A stretch of DNA of 64,000 nucleotides. Origin: Candidatus Spongiisociaceae bacterium (GTDB taxonomy: Bacteria > Actinomycetota > Acidimicrobiia > Spongiisociales > Spongiisociaceae). Below are positions 27,701 to 37,672 of the stretch, in pieces. Under the pieces are notes generated by a model. The model was not told the DNA's origin, ran no database searches, and was given only the letters and a program-made list of their open reading frames with translations. The stretch is from NCBI GenBank assembly GCA_965219685.1, contig CBDCOH010000002.1, positions 1,952,001 to 2,016,000 on the forward strand, in the 5' to 3' direction. The position numbers and the translations under genes are program-made. How positions within the stretch are numbered: the stretch's first letter is position 1; every line of letters begins with the position of its first letter.

Positions 27701-30700
27701 CGAGTCACCCCGCGGCGAGGTTCTGTTCGAGACCGAAGTGTCACCCTCCGATCCCGCCTGGTTGGGTGACCACCGGGTGTTCGATCGGGTGGTGGCGCCA
27801 GGCGCCCTCTACGCGGCGATGGCGATAGCGGCCGCGGGGCGGGAGGGCAACGGATCGGCGAGCGTCGAAGACTGCCAGCTGCAGAACGCCCTGGTCCTGC
27901 CGGAGACCGACCCCGAGACGGGCGACGGAGAGGGGAGCCGTCGCGTCCAGCTGGTGATGGAGGGCTCCGATCCGGCGGGCTCGCCCCGCGTCGAGGTGTT
28001 CAGCAAGGCCGAGGACGAGGACGGATGGACGCTCCACATGGAGGCCACGCTGTCCCCCGCTACGCGGCGGACCGCCACCCGGACCGATCTCGCCACCCTC
28101 ACCGCCGGCCTGTCCCCCCAGGACCCGTCGGAGTTCTACCGGGCCAGGTCCGAGACCAGCGTGACCCTGGACCCCCTCTTCCGCACCCTCCGGACGCTCT
28201 GGTCCGGGGATGGCCGGGCGGTGGGGGAGATCGCGCTGCCGGAGATGCTGGACCTCGGCGGCCTCGAGGCGCATCCGGTCCTGCTGGACGGCTGCTTCCA
28301 GGTAGCGGCGGAGGCTCGGGGCGCCGGCCTCTCCACGGAGGGGACCACCTACCTCCCGTTCGGGTGGGATCGCCTGTGGTTGTCGGCGCCGCTCCCCGCC
28401 CGGTTCTTCTGCCATGCGCGCATGAGGGAGGGGACTCTCCCCCGCACGCCCGGCGAGGCTCCGGAGGTGCTGGCAGCCGAGCTGACGATCTACACGCCGG
28501 ACGGCCTCGAGATCGGTGGGGTGAGCGGTTACACCGTGAAGCGGGCCACGCGGGATGCCCTAGTTCCGGCGACCGAGGGCGTGGAGGACCTCCTCTACGA
28601 CGTGGTGTGGCGGGACCGTCCCCTCGCTCCGGCCACGATTCCGGCGGACTTCCTGCCGAGCCCGAGCGCGGTCCGGGCCCGTTCGGGGGACTTCTCCGAA
28701 TATCTGGCCGCCGAAGGCGTCAGCGCCGCGGACAGGACCGCGCTGCTGACCGACCTCGAGCGGCTGTCCTGGTCGTATGCCCTCTCGACCCTGGAGGGCA
28801 TGGGCTGGGAGCGCGAGAAGGGTGCCGTCACGGACCCGGACGCTATGGGCCGCAGTCTCGGAATCCTCGATGAGCACGGACGGCTGTTCCGCCGCCTGTT
28901 CGAGTTGCTCGAGAGGGCCGGCGCGGTGGAGATGGTCGGCACCGGGTTCGTGGCCAAGGTCGGGAAGGACGACCCGCTCCCCGAGCACCTGGCCGGGGAC
29001 CCCGAGGAGTTCGCGGACCGGATGCACGCCATGTATCCCCACGGCACCAACGAGATCGGCCTGTTCCGGCGGAGCGCGGCCGCCCTGGCTGACGTGCTGG
29101 TCGGCCGGGCCGATCCCCTGACGCTGCTGTTCGGCAGCGGCGAGCCCACCGCGGGAGACGTGTACAGGAAGGCGCCCGGGGCCCGGGCCTCCAACAAGAT
29201 GCTGGGAGACGCCATCGCGGCGCTGGTCGAGGACCTGCCGGAGGGCCGCAGGCTGCGGATCCTGGAAGTGGGCGCCGGCACCGGATCGGCCACGGCGTCG
29301 GTACTGCCGGAGTTGCCCGCCGGACGGTTCGATTACGTGTACACCGACATCTCGGCCGGCTTCTTCGCGGAGGCGGAGGGCCGCTTCGCCGAGTACGAGG
29401 AGGCCTTGGAGTACCGGCCGCTGGACATCGAGCTCGACCCCGTGTCCCAGGGCTACGAACCCCATGCCTACGACATCATCATCGCCGCCAACGTCCTGCA
29501 CGCCACCCGGTTCCTGGAGGAGACGCTCGCCAACTGCCGGGAGCTGCTCGCTCCATCGGGCCAGCTGGTGGCGCTCGAGACCCTGGGGGGCCACGGCTGG
29601 CTCGATCTGACCTTCGGACCCCTCGACGGCTGGTGGCGGTTCGCCGACAGCTTCCGGCCGCATCATGCCCTGGTGGGTCCGGCCGTGTGGGAGCGGGCCC
29701 TGGCCAACACGGACTTCGGGGAGATCGAGATCCTGGGGCCGGTCGACAGCAACGACGACCGGGACCGGGGCGTCATCATGGCGAGGGGACCGGTCGAGGT
29801 GGCCGAGCGGCCGGGCGTGTGGGTTGTGGCGGCGGACGGCGCGGGGGCGGCCGAGGCGCTCGCCGGCGAGCTGGCCGCCCGCAACCAGACCGTCTTGATA
29901 GTGGATGGAGAAGCGGCGGACGGTCCGCCGGGCCCGGGCGAGGGGGTCGAACGCGTATCGATCGAGAGGGATCGCCGGGATTCATGGAGGTCGATCTTCG
30001 AAGGACTCCCCTCGGAGCCACCCCTCAACGGGGTCGTCCACCTGGTGGCATCGGACGGTCACGGGCCGGGCGCGACCTCCGGCGAGTTCGCCCGGGACGT
30101 GCGGGACGGCGCCGAGACCGCGCTGGCGCTGGTGCAAGGCATGGCTGACGCCGATGCCGCACCCGCCAAGGGCCTGTGGCTCGTGACCCGGGGCGGGCAG
30201 GTCCTCGAGAAGGAGAGCGAGGGCCAGCTCTCAGGCGCGGTGCTGTGGGGGTTCGGCAAGGTGGTGGCCCGCGAGGCGGCCCACTTCACGCCCCGGATGA
30301 TCGACCTGGACCCGGCGGCGGCCCTTCCGCTCACCGACCTCGTGGAGGAACTGCTGCATCCCGACACCGAGACCCACATCGCCTACCGGCTGGGACTCCG
30401 CCAGGTCGCCCGGCTGGTCAGGGCCGGGGAGGTGACCGAGCGCCTGACCCTGCCCGACGGCAACGGCTGGCGGCTGGAGCCGGACGCGGGCGGCTCGCTC
30501 GACGGTCTGGCGGTCATGCCCTGGCCGGACCAGCCCCTCCAACCGCGGGAAGTTCGCGTGGCGCTGGAGGCGACCGGCCTCAACTTCTGGGATCTCTTCC
30601 GGTCGCTGGGCGTCATCGAGGAGGGCTTGTTGGGGAGGGAGTTCTGCGGCCGGGTCCTCGAAGTCGGATCGGAGGTGTCGACCGTGTCGGCGGGCGACCG

Positions 30701-33700
30701 GGTCGTCGGGCTGGCCTTCGGCACTTTCGGGCCCCGGCCGGTGATGCGGGAAGAGTTGGTGGCGCTCGCACCGGAGGGCATCCCGGCGGCGGACCTCGCC
30801 ACGATGCCGACCGCCTACGTGACGGTGCTGCTGTCGTTCGACCTGGCCCGGCTGGCGGCGGGGGAGCGGGTCCTCATCCATGCCGGCGCCGGAGGGGTGG
30901 GCACCGCCGCGATCCGGATGGCTCACGCGCTGGGGGCGGAGGTGTTCGCCACGGCGAGCACTCCCAAGCACGCCTACGTGCGGTCGCTCGGGGTGAAGCA
31001 CGTGTTCGACAGCCGCCGGACGGGTTTCGGCCGCCAGATCCTCGAGGCGACCGGGGGTCGAGGCGTCGACATGGTCCTGAACAGCCTGACGAGCGAGGGG
31101 TTCATCGACGCCAGCCTCTCCTGCCTGGCACCCGGCGGCCGGTTCGTGGAGCTGGCCGCGGTGGACATCCTGACCGAAGAGGAGATGAAGACCGCCCGCC
31201 CGGACGTGGCCTACTGGATCGTCGACCTGGACTGGCTCAAGGAGCACGACCCGCCGGTGCCGGGCGACGCCCTGAGACGGGTGATGGAACACCTGGCGGC
31301 AGGAGAGGTGGCCCCGCTGGCGAAGACCAGGTGGGCTTTCAACGAGGCGGTCTCGGCGATCAAGTACATGGGGGCCGCCCGCCACAGGGGCAAGATCGTC
31401 CTCGCCCCGTCTCCCATCGAGAGCGGTCGCCTCCGGGACGACCGGACCTACCTGGTCACGGGAGGCCTCGGCGGGATCGGATGCGCCCTGGCCGGCTGGC
31501 TGGCGGACCTGGGCGCCGGCGCCATCGTCCTCAACGGGCGGCGCGACGCGGACCCCGAGGCGGCGGCGTTGATCGAAGAGGTCCGCAGCCGGGGCGCCAC
31601 GGTCCAGGTGGAGCTGGCCGACGTGACGGACGGGCCGGCCGTCGACGCGATGCTCTCCCGCATCGACGCCACGTTGCCGCCGCTGGGGGGCGTCATCCAC
31701 AGCGTGGGGGTGCTGTCGGACGGAGCGCTCACCAACCAGACGTGGGAGAAGTTCGAGGAGGTGCTGTGGCCGAAGGTGCTGGGCGCCTGGCACCTGCACC
31801 GCGCCACCCGGCATCGCGATCTGGATATGTTCATCCTGTTCTCCAGCGTGGCGGGCGTGATGGGCAATCCCGGCCAGGCGAACCACTCGGCGGCCAACGC
31901 CTTCCTGGACCAGCTGGCAGGACACCGCCGAGCGCTCGGGCTGGCCGGACAGTCGATTGCGTGGGGCGCCTGGTCGGGAATCGGAGAAGCCGAGGAGCAC
32001 CGGGAGCGGATCGAGCGGGCGCTGGAGGCGAAGGGAACGGGCTGGATCACCCCCGCGCAGGGACTGGAGGCTCTCGAACGGCTGGTTCGCCAGGACGTGA
32101 CCAGCGAGATGGCGGCGGCGGTGGACTGGGAGGCGATCTCGTCGGGCGACGATCAGCCTCCACCCCTGCTGGAAGACCTTCTGAGCGAGGCGGCTGACGA
32201 CCGGGACCAGGCCGGGGAGACCGTCGAGGACCTCCTCACCCGCCTCCGGGGTGCGGCGGGCGAGGAGCGCGAGGAGATCCTGGCCGAGTTCGTGCAGGGA
32301 GAGCTGCAAGCGGTCATGAGGCTCCCGAACGAGCCACCCAGGACGGTGGACTTCTCGGACCTGGGAATGGACTCCCTGATGGCGGTGGAGCTGCGAAACC
32401 GCCTGAACCGGGCCTTCGCCGGGGAGTACACAGCGCCCAACACCGTGGTCTTCGACTTCCCGAATGCGGTCGACCTCGCCCGGCATCTGGCCTCCGAACT
32501 CGGCGAGCCGGACCCGGTCGTCGCCGCGCCGCCGCCGGTCCTGAGGAGGCCGCCGTCCGAGGATGCGATCGCCGTGGTGGGCATCGGGCTGCGCCTGCCC
32601 GGCGCGGACGATGTCTCCGGGTTCTGGCGCCGGCTCGAGGCCGGTGAGCACGCCGTGACGGACGGACGACAGGATGGCGGCCCCTGGGACGGCGTGGCCG
32701 GGGACCCGGCCGCCGATGATCCGGCCACCCGGCATGGGGCGTTCATCGAGAGGATCGACCGGTTCGACTCACGGTTCTTCCGGATATCCCCCATCGAGGC
32801 TCGCGGCATGGATCCGAAGCAGCGGATGCTGCTCGAGACGGCCTGGCACGCGCTCGAGGATGCCGGGATGGACCCGGACCGGCTGCGAGGCAGCCGCACC
32901 GGCGTGTATATGGGGGTGGGCGGCAGCGAGTACCGGCGCCTCGTCACTGCCAGGGGCATGGACGACAGCTACGCAGGCACGTCCGGAAGCATCGCCGTCG
33001 GGCGCATAGCCTTCGCCCTGGGCCTGGAGGGGCCGGCCGTTCCGGTGGACCTCGCCTGCACGTCATCCCTGGTCGCCGTCCACCAGGCGCTCGCCGGCCT
33101 GCAGCGGGGCGAGGCGGACTTGGCCCTGGCCGGGGGCGTCAACGCAGTCCTCTCCCCCGCCGTCATGCGGTTCCTCGTGGACACCGGACTCATGTCGACC
33201 ACCGGGCAGTGCTGGGCGTTCGATGCCTCCGCCGACGGTTACGTGCGGGGCGAAGGTTGTGTAGTCGTCGTCCTGAAGCGGCTCGCGGACGCGGAAGCGG
33301 ACGGAGACCGCATCTGGGGCGTGATCCGGGGCTCGGCGGTCAACCAGAACGGGGCGGGCCTGGGCCTCACCCTTCCGAACGGGCCTGCCCAGGAACGAGC
33401 CATGGAAGAGGCGCTGTTGCAGTCCGGCATCGAACCGGCCGACGTGGACTACGTGGAGGCGCACGGACCGGGGACGCAGATCGGCGACGCGGTCGAGATC
33501 AACGCCACCGCCAACGTCTACGGCCGGGGCCGGGTGGAGGGCCGCCCGCTGTTGACCGGTTCGGTGAAGACGAACATCGGACACCTGGAAGCCGCCGGAG
33601 GGGTAGCCGGCCTGATCAAGGTTCTGGCCGCCATACAACAGCGGTCGATCCCGAAGCACCTCAACTTCCGCGATCCGAACCCGGATATCGACTGGGAGCG

Positions 33701-34409
33701 CCTGCCGGTACAGGTGACGTCGGAGCCGACAGCCTGGCCGGAAACGGGGAGCCGGCTCCCGCTTGCGGCGGTGAACGCCTTCGGGTTCTCGGGCTCCAAC
33801 GCGCACTTGGTCGTGGAGGGCTACGGAAGCGGCGAAGATGGATCCCCGGAGGTCGGCGGGGCCCGTTGGCCGGTGGGTTCACCCAGGCCGGTGGTCACCT
33901 TGGCCTCCGACGACACTTCGGGCTCACCGTCACCCGAGGACTCGGCAGGACGCAGGACCCGCCTGCTGCCCCTGTCTGGGAAGACGGACCGGGCACTGAG
34001 GGAACTGTCCGCCCGTTATATCGGTTGGCTCGACGAGCACGCGGCTCTGCTCGCCTCACCCGACCGGGAAGATGCGGTGCTCGCGGACATGGCATGGACC
34101 GCTTGGGTCGGCCGAAGCCACATGGCGCACAGGGCGGCTGTGGTATTCGGTGACGCCAAGTCGTTGCGTAGCCGGCTGACCTCTCTTGCCGGCCAAGACG
34201 GGAACGGCCAGGACAGCACACCTGACACGGAGAGTTCCGCCGGTGACCCATCCGAGCCCGACGGCTACCGCCGACTCGTGGAGTCCCTCGCAGCCGACTA
34301 CGAGGCCGGACAGACGGTTCCGTTCGAGAGTCTCTTCACGGGCGAGACCCGCTGCCGTATATCCCTGCCCATCTATCCCTTCCAACGCCGGAGCCACTGG
34401 TTCGAATGA
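24789..34409 (+). CDS. supA: Type I highly reducing PKS, KS-AT-DH-cMT-ER-KR-ACP-KS-(AT remnant); SupA-type
   Basis: KS1 DTACSSS/HGTGT/NIGH; AT GHSLG and SPAYHS; DH HRVFDRVVAP and LLDGCFQ; cMT LEVGAGTGS; ER LIHAGAGGVG; KR TGGLGGIG; ACP LGMDSL; KS2 DLACTSS/HGPGT; no TE; start may be ATG24837. Confidence 0.9.
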   Translation: MTRPDGGESLPVTGRGMATAARSEQPVAIVGMACRFPGAANIPAFWRRLEEGANSVVEGDPGSGRGRVGDLFPDTSVRSEACRFGAYLDDLTRFDASFFRISPVEAQLLDPQQRLMLETSWRALEDAGIDPAGLRGSRTGVYAGISNYDYRGLILGVAGAAEPAPSLYTVTGTSFNTAIGRVAYALGLQGPAIAMDTACSSSLVAVHQAVTALQRDEADLALAGGVHTVLSGRLLELRANAGMLAPDGRCKTFDAAANGYVRGEGCGILILKRLGDAQADADRIWAVIRGAALNQDGASQGLTVPNGTAQELVIADALRRAGLRPSEVDYVEAHGTGTSVGDPIEARATGSAYAKGRAEDRPLLIGSVKTNIGHLEPAAGVAGIIKTVLAMSQGVIPKHLNFRTPNPEIPWGRLPLRVTSEATPWPYVPDRPPLAGVSGFGWSGTNAHVLLEGYGTADRMAAAPANGRWPRGSARSVHVRLPEGVTERAPQDRPTRRSTRVLPLSGRTSQALRDLAGRYVAWLDDHPEALGSGNTAADRFLSDMTWSASVGRSHFSRRAGITFGDAASLREKLAALAATAGEVSPPTTTRVAFAYTGQASQWVGMGEALYESEPVVRAVLDRCDDVMREHRDISLLDVMFGRAGHGDLLDEAAWTQPAIYALECALTALWASVGIEPEVVVGHSLGEIAAAQAAGVYTLEDGLLFAAARGELMGALPGRGAMAAVFAPADRVRAAVARQNAASGSNPGVSIAADNGAQQVVSGPEKDVEAIVDRFESEGVWARKLRKSPAYHSALVEPALDDLERVLASVETAAASCSLVSSMTGRVMEADGKLDGGYWRQQARRPVAFRDCIGTLADLEVDVVIEIGPRSVLGPMVLMGWPDTSGRSPTVLSSLSGPPDPSDQDEGTGFEEAVAGAYQAGLAMTFEGLYAGEERRRVPVPGYPFQRERYWVEGRRRRRRDGGHPLLGVHHESPRGEVLFETEVSPSDPAWLGDHRVFDRVVAPGALYAAMAIAAAGREGNGSASVEDCQLQNALVLPETDPETGDGEGSRRVQLVMEGSDPAGSPRVEVFSKAEDEDGWTLHMEATLSPATRRTATRTDLATLTAGLSPQDPSEFYRARSETSVTLDPLFRTLRTLWSGDGRAVGEIALPEMLDLGGLEAHPVLLDGCFQVAAEARGAGLSTEGTTYLPFGWDRLWLSAPLPARFFCHARMREGTLPRTPGEAPEVLAAELTIYTPDGLEIGGVSGYTVKRATRDALVPATEGVEDLLYDVVWRDRPLAPATIPADFLPSPSAVRARSGDFSEYLAAEGVSAADRTALLTDLERLSWSYALSTLEGMGWEREKGAVTDPDAMGRSLGILDEHGRLFRRLFELLERAGAVEMVGTGFVAKVGKDDPLPEHLAGDPEEFADRMHAMYPHGTNEIGLFRRSAAALADVLVGRADPLTLLFGSGEPTAGDVYRKAPGARASNKMLGDAIAALVEDLPEGRRLRILEVGAGTGSATASVLPELPAGRFDYVYTDISAGFFAEAEGRFAEYEEALEYRPLDIELDPVSQGYEPHAYDIIIAANVLHATRFLEETLANCRELLAPSGQLVALETLGGHGWLDLTFGPLDGWWRFADSFRPHHALVGPAVWERALANTDFGEIEILGPVDSNDDRDRGVIMARGPVEVAERPGVWVVAADGAGAAEALAGELAARNQTVLIVDGEAADGPPGPGEGVERVSIERDRRDSWRSIFEGLPSEPPLNGVVHLVASDGHGPGATSGEFARDVRDGAETALALVQGMADADAAPAKGLWLVTRGGQVLEKESEGQLSGAVLWGFGKVVAREAAHFTPRMIDLDPAAALPLTDLVEELLHPDTETHIAYRLGLRQVARLVRAGEVTERLTLPDGNGWRLEPDAGGSLDGLAVMPWPDQPLQPREVRVALEATGLNFWDLFRSLGVIEEGLLGREFCGRVLEVGSEVSTVSAGDRVVGLAFGTFGPRPVMREELVALAPEGIPAADLATMPTAYVTVLLSFDLARLAAGERVLIHAGAGGVGTAAIRMAHALGAEVFATASTPKHAYVRSLGVKHVFDSRRTGFGRQILEATGGRGVDMVLNSLTSEGFIDASLSCLAPGGRFVELAAVDILTEEEMKTARPDVAYWIVDLDWLKEHDPPVPGDALRRVMEHLAAGEVAPLAKTRWAFNEAVSAIKYMGAARHRGKIVLAPSPIESGRLRDDRTYLVTGGLGGIGCALAGWLADLGAGAIVLNGRRDADPEAAALIEEVRSRGATVQVELADVTDGPAVDAMLSRIDATLPPLGGVIHSVGVLSDGALTNQTWEKFEEVLWPKVLGAWHLHRATRHRDLDMFILFSSVAGVMGNPGQANHSAANAFLDQLAGHRRALGLAGQSIAWGAWSGIGEAEEHRERIERALEAKGTGWITPAQGLEALERLVRQDVTSEMAAAVDWEAISSGDDQPPPLLEDLLSEAADDRDQAGETVEDLLTRLRGAAGEEREEILAEFVQGELQAVMRLPNEPPRTVDFSDLGMDSLMAVELRNRLNRAFAGEYTAPNTVVFDFPNAVDLARHLASELGEPDPVVAAPPPVLRRPPSEDAIAVVGIGLRLPGADDVSGFWRRLEAGEHAVTDGRQDGGPWDGVAGDPAADDPATRHGAFIERIDRFDSRFFRISPIEARGMDPKQRMLLETAWHALEDAGMDPDRLRGSRTGVYMGVGGSEYRRLVTARGMDDSYAGTSGSIAVGRIAFALGLEGPAVPVDLACTSSLVAVHQALAGLQRGEADLALAGGVNAVLSPAVMRFLVDTGLMSTTGQCWAFDASADGYVRGEGCVVVVLKRLADAEADGDRIWGVIRGSAVNQNGAGLGLTLPNGPAQERAMEEALLQSGIEPADVDYVEAHGPGTQIGDAVEINATANVYGRGRVEGRPLLTGSVKTNIGHLEAAGGVAGLIKVLAAIQQRSIPKHLNFRDPNPDIDWERLPVQVTSEPTAWPETGSRLPLAAVNAFGFSGSNAHLVVEGYGSGEDGSPEVGGARWPVGSPRPVVTLASDDTSGSPSPEDSAGRRTRLLPLSGKTDRALRELSARYIGWLDEHAALLASPDREDAVLADMAWTAWVGRSHMAHRAAVVFGDAKSLRSRLTSLAGQDGNGQDSTPDTESSAGDPSEPDGYRRLVESLAADYEAGQTVPFESLFTGETRCRISLPIYPFQRRSHWFE

Positions 34410-35194
34410 GTCGGATCGCGGCGTTCGCGTCGCCGGGAGTGACGATCGTCACCGGCTCGGCCGGCGGGATCGGCGCCGCAGTCGTCGAGGCGTTGGTCTC
34501 CCAGGATCCGGCTGCGCTGGTGGCGGCAGTGGACTTGAGGCCCGGCCATGCAACACCGCTCATCGACGGGTTCGGGAGGGACCGGATCACCGAAGTGGTC
34601 TGCGATGTGGCCGATCCCGACTCGGTTCGGATGGCCGCGCGGCAGATCGACGAGTGGGGCTTTCCGGTACGGTCCCTCGTGAACTGCGCCGGAATCCAGT
34701 TGGCGGGTCCCAGCGCTGACTTCGCACCTGAGGACTGGCAGAAAGTGCTCGACATCAACCTTTCGGGGACGTTCTACTGGTGCCAGGAGGCGGGAAGACG
34801 CATGATGGCCGCGGATGGCGGGGCGATCGTCAACTTCTCGTCGGTGGCCGAGTTCTTCGGATGGCCCCTGCGAGCTCCCTACGCCGCCACCAAGGCGGCG
34901 GTCAGTTCGTTGACCAGAACCCTGGCCACCGAGTGGGCCCACCTCGGGGTCCGGATCAACGCGGTGGCGCCGGGATACATCGACACCCCCCTGGCGCGCT
35001 CGGCCATCGAGGGTGGGCGGCTGTCGAAACCAGAGGCGGACGCCCTCCATGCGCAGCAACGTTTCGCCGACACGTCCGAGGTCGCTGCGGCGGTGTGCTT
35101 CCTGCTTTCGCCCGGAGCCGGGTTCATCACCGGGGAGACCCTCAAGGTGGACGGCGGGCTGTGCGCCAAGAAGCTCGACTGGCCATCGGACTGA
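34406..35194 (+). CDS. SDR family oxidoreductase
   Basis: TGSAGGIG, VNCAGI, YAATK, NAVAPG, ITGETLKVDGG; ATGA overlap with the PKS stop. Confidence 0.9.
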   Translation: MSRIAAFASPGVTIVTGSAGGIGAAVVEALVSQDPAALVAAVDLRPGHATPLIDGFGRDRITEVVCDVADPDSVRMAARQIDEWGFPVRSLVNCAGIQLAGPSADFAPEDWQKVLDINLSGTFYWCQEAGRRMMAADGGAIVNFSSVAEFFGWPLRAPYAATKAAVSSLTRTLATEWAHLGVRINAVAPGYIDTPLARSAIEGGRLSKPEADALHAQQRFADTSEVAAAVCFLLSPGAGFITGETLKVDGGLCAKKLDWPSD

Positions 35195-35261
35195 CCGCAC
35201 CTTCATCCTGTGACCATTCCCCCTCCTGTAACCTCTTCCGCAGCCGATCAGGAGATACATC

Positions 35262-36659
35262 ATGAGGGTCGGGGTAGGACGCGGGAACATCACGCCTCCG
35301 GTTGGGATAGAGCACGCCGGATGGGGCGCTCAAGTCCACGAACGGGCCGAAGGGGTGCATCTCGATCTCTGGGTGACCGTGCTGGTGGTGGAGGGCGAGC
35401 ACGACACGTTCGCCATCCTCGACTACGACCTGATGATCATCACGGTCGAGGACTCGGACCGCATCCGCGCGGACGTAGCCGGCGTGGTGGGAACCGATCC
35501 GGCCAACATCCGGGTCTCCTTCACCCACACCCATGCCGGTCCGGTGTGGTCGAACTTCCTCGGAGACCGTTCGGGGCGGGCCGGATCGGAACTGGTGGCG
35601 GGATACCGGGAGACGGTCTGGTCCCAGACCCTGGGCGCCGTCCATCAGGCAATGGGATCGCTCCGTCCGGCCCGGATGGCGGCGGGCTGGGGTGAGAGTT
35701 CCATCGCCGTCAACCGCCGGCTCCGTGCACCCAATGGTACGGTCGTGGTGGGCCAGGCTCCCGGCAGGTTCCGCGACCCGAAGGTCATGGTCGTCCGCTT
35801 CGACGACACCGACGAGCGCCCCCTGGCCGCCCTGGTCTGCTACGCCGCGCATCCAATCGTCCTGGCCTTCCAGAATCGACTGATCAGCCCCGACTTCCCG
35901 GGGGTGGCGAAGCGCGTGGTGGAGCAATTGACCGGCGCCACCTGCCTCTACCTGCAGGGTTGCGCGGGCAATATGATGACGACCGAGGCCCTGACCGGCG
36001 ATCTCGGAGCCGCGGATCGGATGGGTACCAGGCTCGGGGCCGAGGCGGCCAAGGTGTTCACCCGGATTCGCACCCTCCCCACCCGGCGGCGTTTCGACCG
36101 AGTCGTCGAGTCCGGAGCTCCTCTGGGTATCTGGGTGGACGATCCGCTGCCCGACCGCGAACCGCTCGTCAGGGTGATCGAACGCCGCATCGAGATGCCT
36201 GTCCGGCGGACCACGCCGCCCCTCGAGGCGGAGGCCGAAGCCGAGCAACTGTCACGCCGCTTCCTGGATCTCCAGGCTTCCGGGGCCTCTGAGGCGGAGG
36301 TGCTCGACGCCCGGTACCGCGCCCGGCGGGCCCTGATCCGAGCGGCCTGGGCCAGGCTCTGCGGAGGTAGGACCAGCCTCGACACCACCCTGCATGGGAT
36401 CAGGATCGACGATGTCGCACTGGTCGGCTTCCCCGGCGAGCCGTTCTCCGAGACCGGGGTGCGGGTCAGGGAGGCGTCGCCCTTCGGGTACACGCACATG
36501 GCGGGCTACACGAACGGGGTGACCGGGTACGTGCCCACTGCGGAGGAGTTCGCCCGGGGGGGATACGAACCGGAGTGGGCCACCGCGTTCACGGCCGAAG
36601 CGGCATCCGTACTGGAAAGTGAGGCCAACGCTCTCATCAACGACCTGGCCGGCGGATGA
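35262..36659 (+). CDS. Neutral/alkaline ceramidase-like metallo-amidohydrolase
   Basis: THTHAGP, NRR, YAAHP, LISPDFPG, QGCAGN, PGEPF, GYVPT...GGYE. Confidence 0.7.
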   Translation: MRVGVGRGNITPPVGIEHAGWGAQVHERAEGVHLDLWVTVLVVEGEHDTFAILDYDLMIITVEDSDRIRADVAGVVGTDPANIRVSFTHTHAGPVWSNFLGDRSGRAGSELVAGYRETVWSQTLGAVHQAMGSLRPARMAAGWGESSIAVNRRLRAPNGTVVVGQAPGRFRDPKVMVVRFDDTDERPLAALVCYAAHPIVLAFQNRLISPDFPGVAKRVVEQLTGATCLYLQGCAGNMMTTEALTGDLGAADRMGTRLGAEAAKVFTRIRTLPTRRRFDRVVESGAPLGIWVDDPLPDREPLVRVIERRIEMPVRRTTPPLEAEAEAEQLSRRFLDLQASGASEAEVLDARYRARRALIRAAWARLCGGRTSLDTTLHGIRIDDVALVGFPGEPFSETGVRVREASPFGYTHMAGYTNGVTGYVPTAEEFARGGYEPEWATAFTAEAASVLESEANALINDLAGG

Positions 36660-37672
36660 CCGCACACGTCGCCAACCCGGAACCCGGCTCGACCGAGTCG
36701 GCTCCCCTGCTCGAGGTTCGCGGACTCTCGGTATCCTTCGAGACCCACTCGGGAGCCCTGCCCGCAGTCGAGGATGTGAGCTTCGCCCTCTATCCCGGTG
36801 ACATACTGGGTGTGGTGGGCGAGTCGGGCTCCGGCAAGACCGTAACTGTCTCGTCGTTGGTGAGATTGCTTCCGGCCAGCGCTCGTGTGACGGCCGGCGA
36901 GGTCCTATACGGGGGGCGAAACCTGCTGGAGGTTGCGGACGGGGACATGGAGACGGTCCGGGGCGAGGAAATCGCCATGGTGTTCCAGGACCCGATGACC
37001 TCGCTGAACCCGGTGATGCGGGTGGGTAACCAGATCTCCGAGGCCCTCCGAATCCACGGCGCCTCTCGGAGCGAAGCCCGGCGGCGTACCGTAGAACTCC
37101 TCGATCTGGTGGGGATTCCCAACCCGCGCGAACGCTCCCGCCAGTTCCCGCACGAGATGTCGGGGGGCATGCGCCAGCGGGTGGTGATCGCCATCGCCAT
37201 CGCCAACCAGCCATCCGTCCTGATCGCCGACGAGCCCACGACGGCCCTCGACGTGACCATCCAGGCCCAGGTGCTCGAGGTTCTGGCCGCCGGTTGCGGC
37301 GCCACCGGCGCTTCGATGATCCTCGTTACCCACGACCTGGGCGTGATAGCCGAGGTGGCCAACCGGGTAGCGGTCATGTACGCGGGGAGGATCGTCGAGA
37401 CGGGAACGGTGGAGACGATCTTCCACCGGCCCCGCCATCCTTACACCATCGGCTTGTTCTCCAGCCTTCCGCGACTCGACGGCGAACTGGGGCAGTTGGC
37501 GCCCATCCCGGGTACCCCACCTACCTTGGCGGCGCGACCACCCGGGTGCGCATTCCATCCCAGGTGCTTCCTCTCCGGAGGCAGGGAGGAGTGCCGCAGC
37601 CGTATCGCCTACCTTGCCCCCTTGGAATCGGGACACAGCGCCGCCTGCCATTTCATGTCGGAAACCGCCTGA
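36656..37672 (+). CDS. Peptide ABC transporter ATP-binding protein (DppD-like)
   Basis: GESGSGKT, FQDPMTSLNP, HEMSGGMRQR, ADEPTTALDVT, GCAFHPRC. Confidence 0.92.
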   Translation: MTAHVANPEPGSTESAPLLEVRGLSVSFETHSGALPAVEDVSFALYPGDILGVVGESGSGKTVTVSSLVRLLPASARVTAGEVLYGGRNLLEVADGDMETVRGEEIAMVFQDPMTSLNPVMRVGNQISEALRIHGASRSEARRRTVELLDLVGIPNPRERSRQFPHEMSGGMRQRVVIAIAIANQPSVLIADEPTTALDVTIQAQVLEVLAAGCGATGASMILVTHDLGVIAEVANRVAVMYAGRIVETGTVETIFHRPRHPYTIGLFSSLPRLDGELGQLAPIPGTPPTLAARPPGCAFHPRCFLSGGREECRSRIAYLAPLESGHSAACHFMSETA

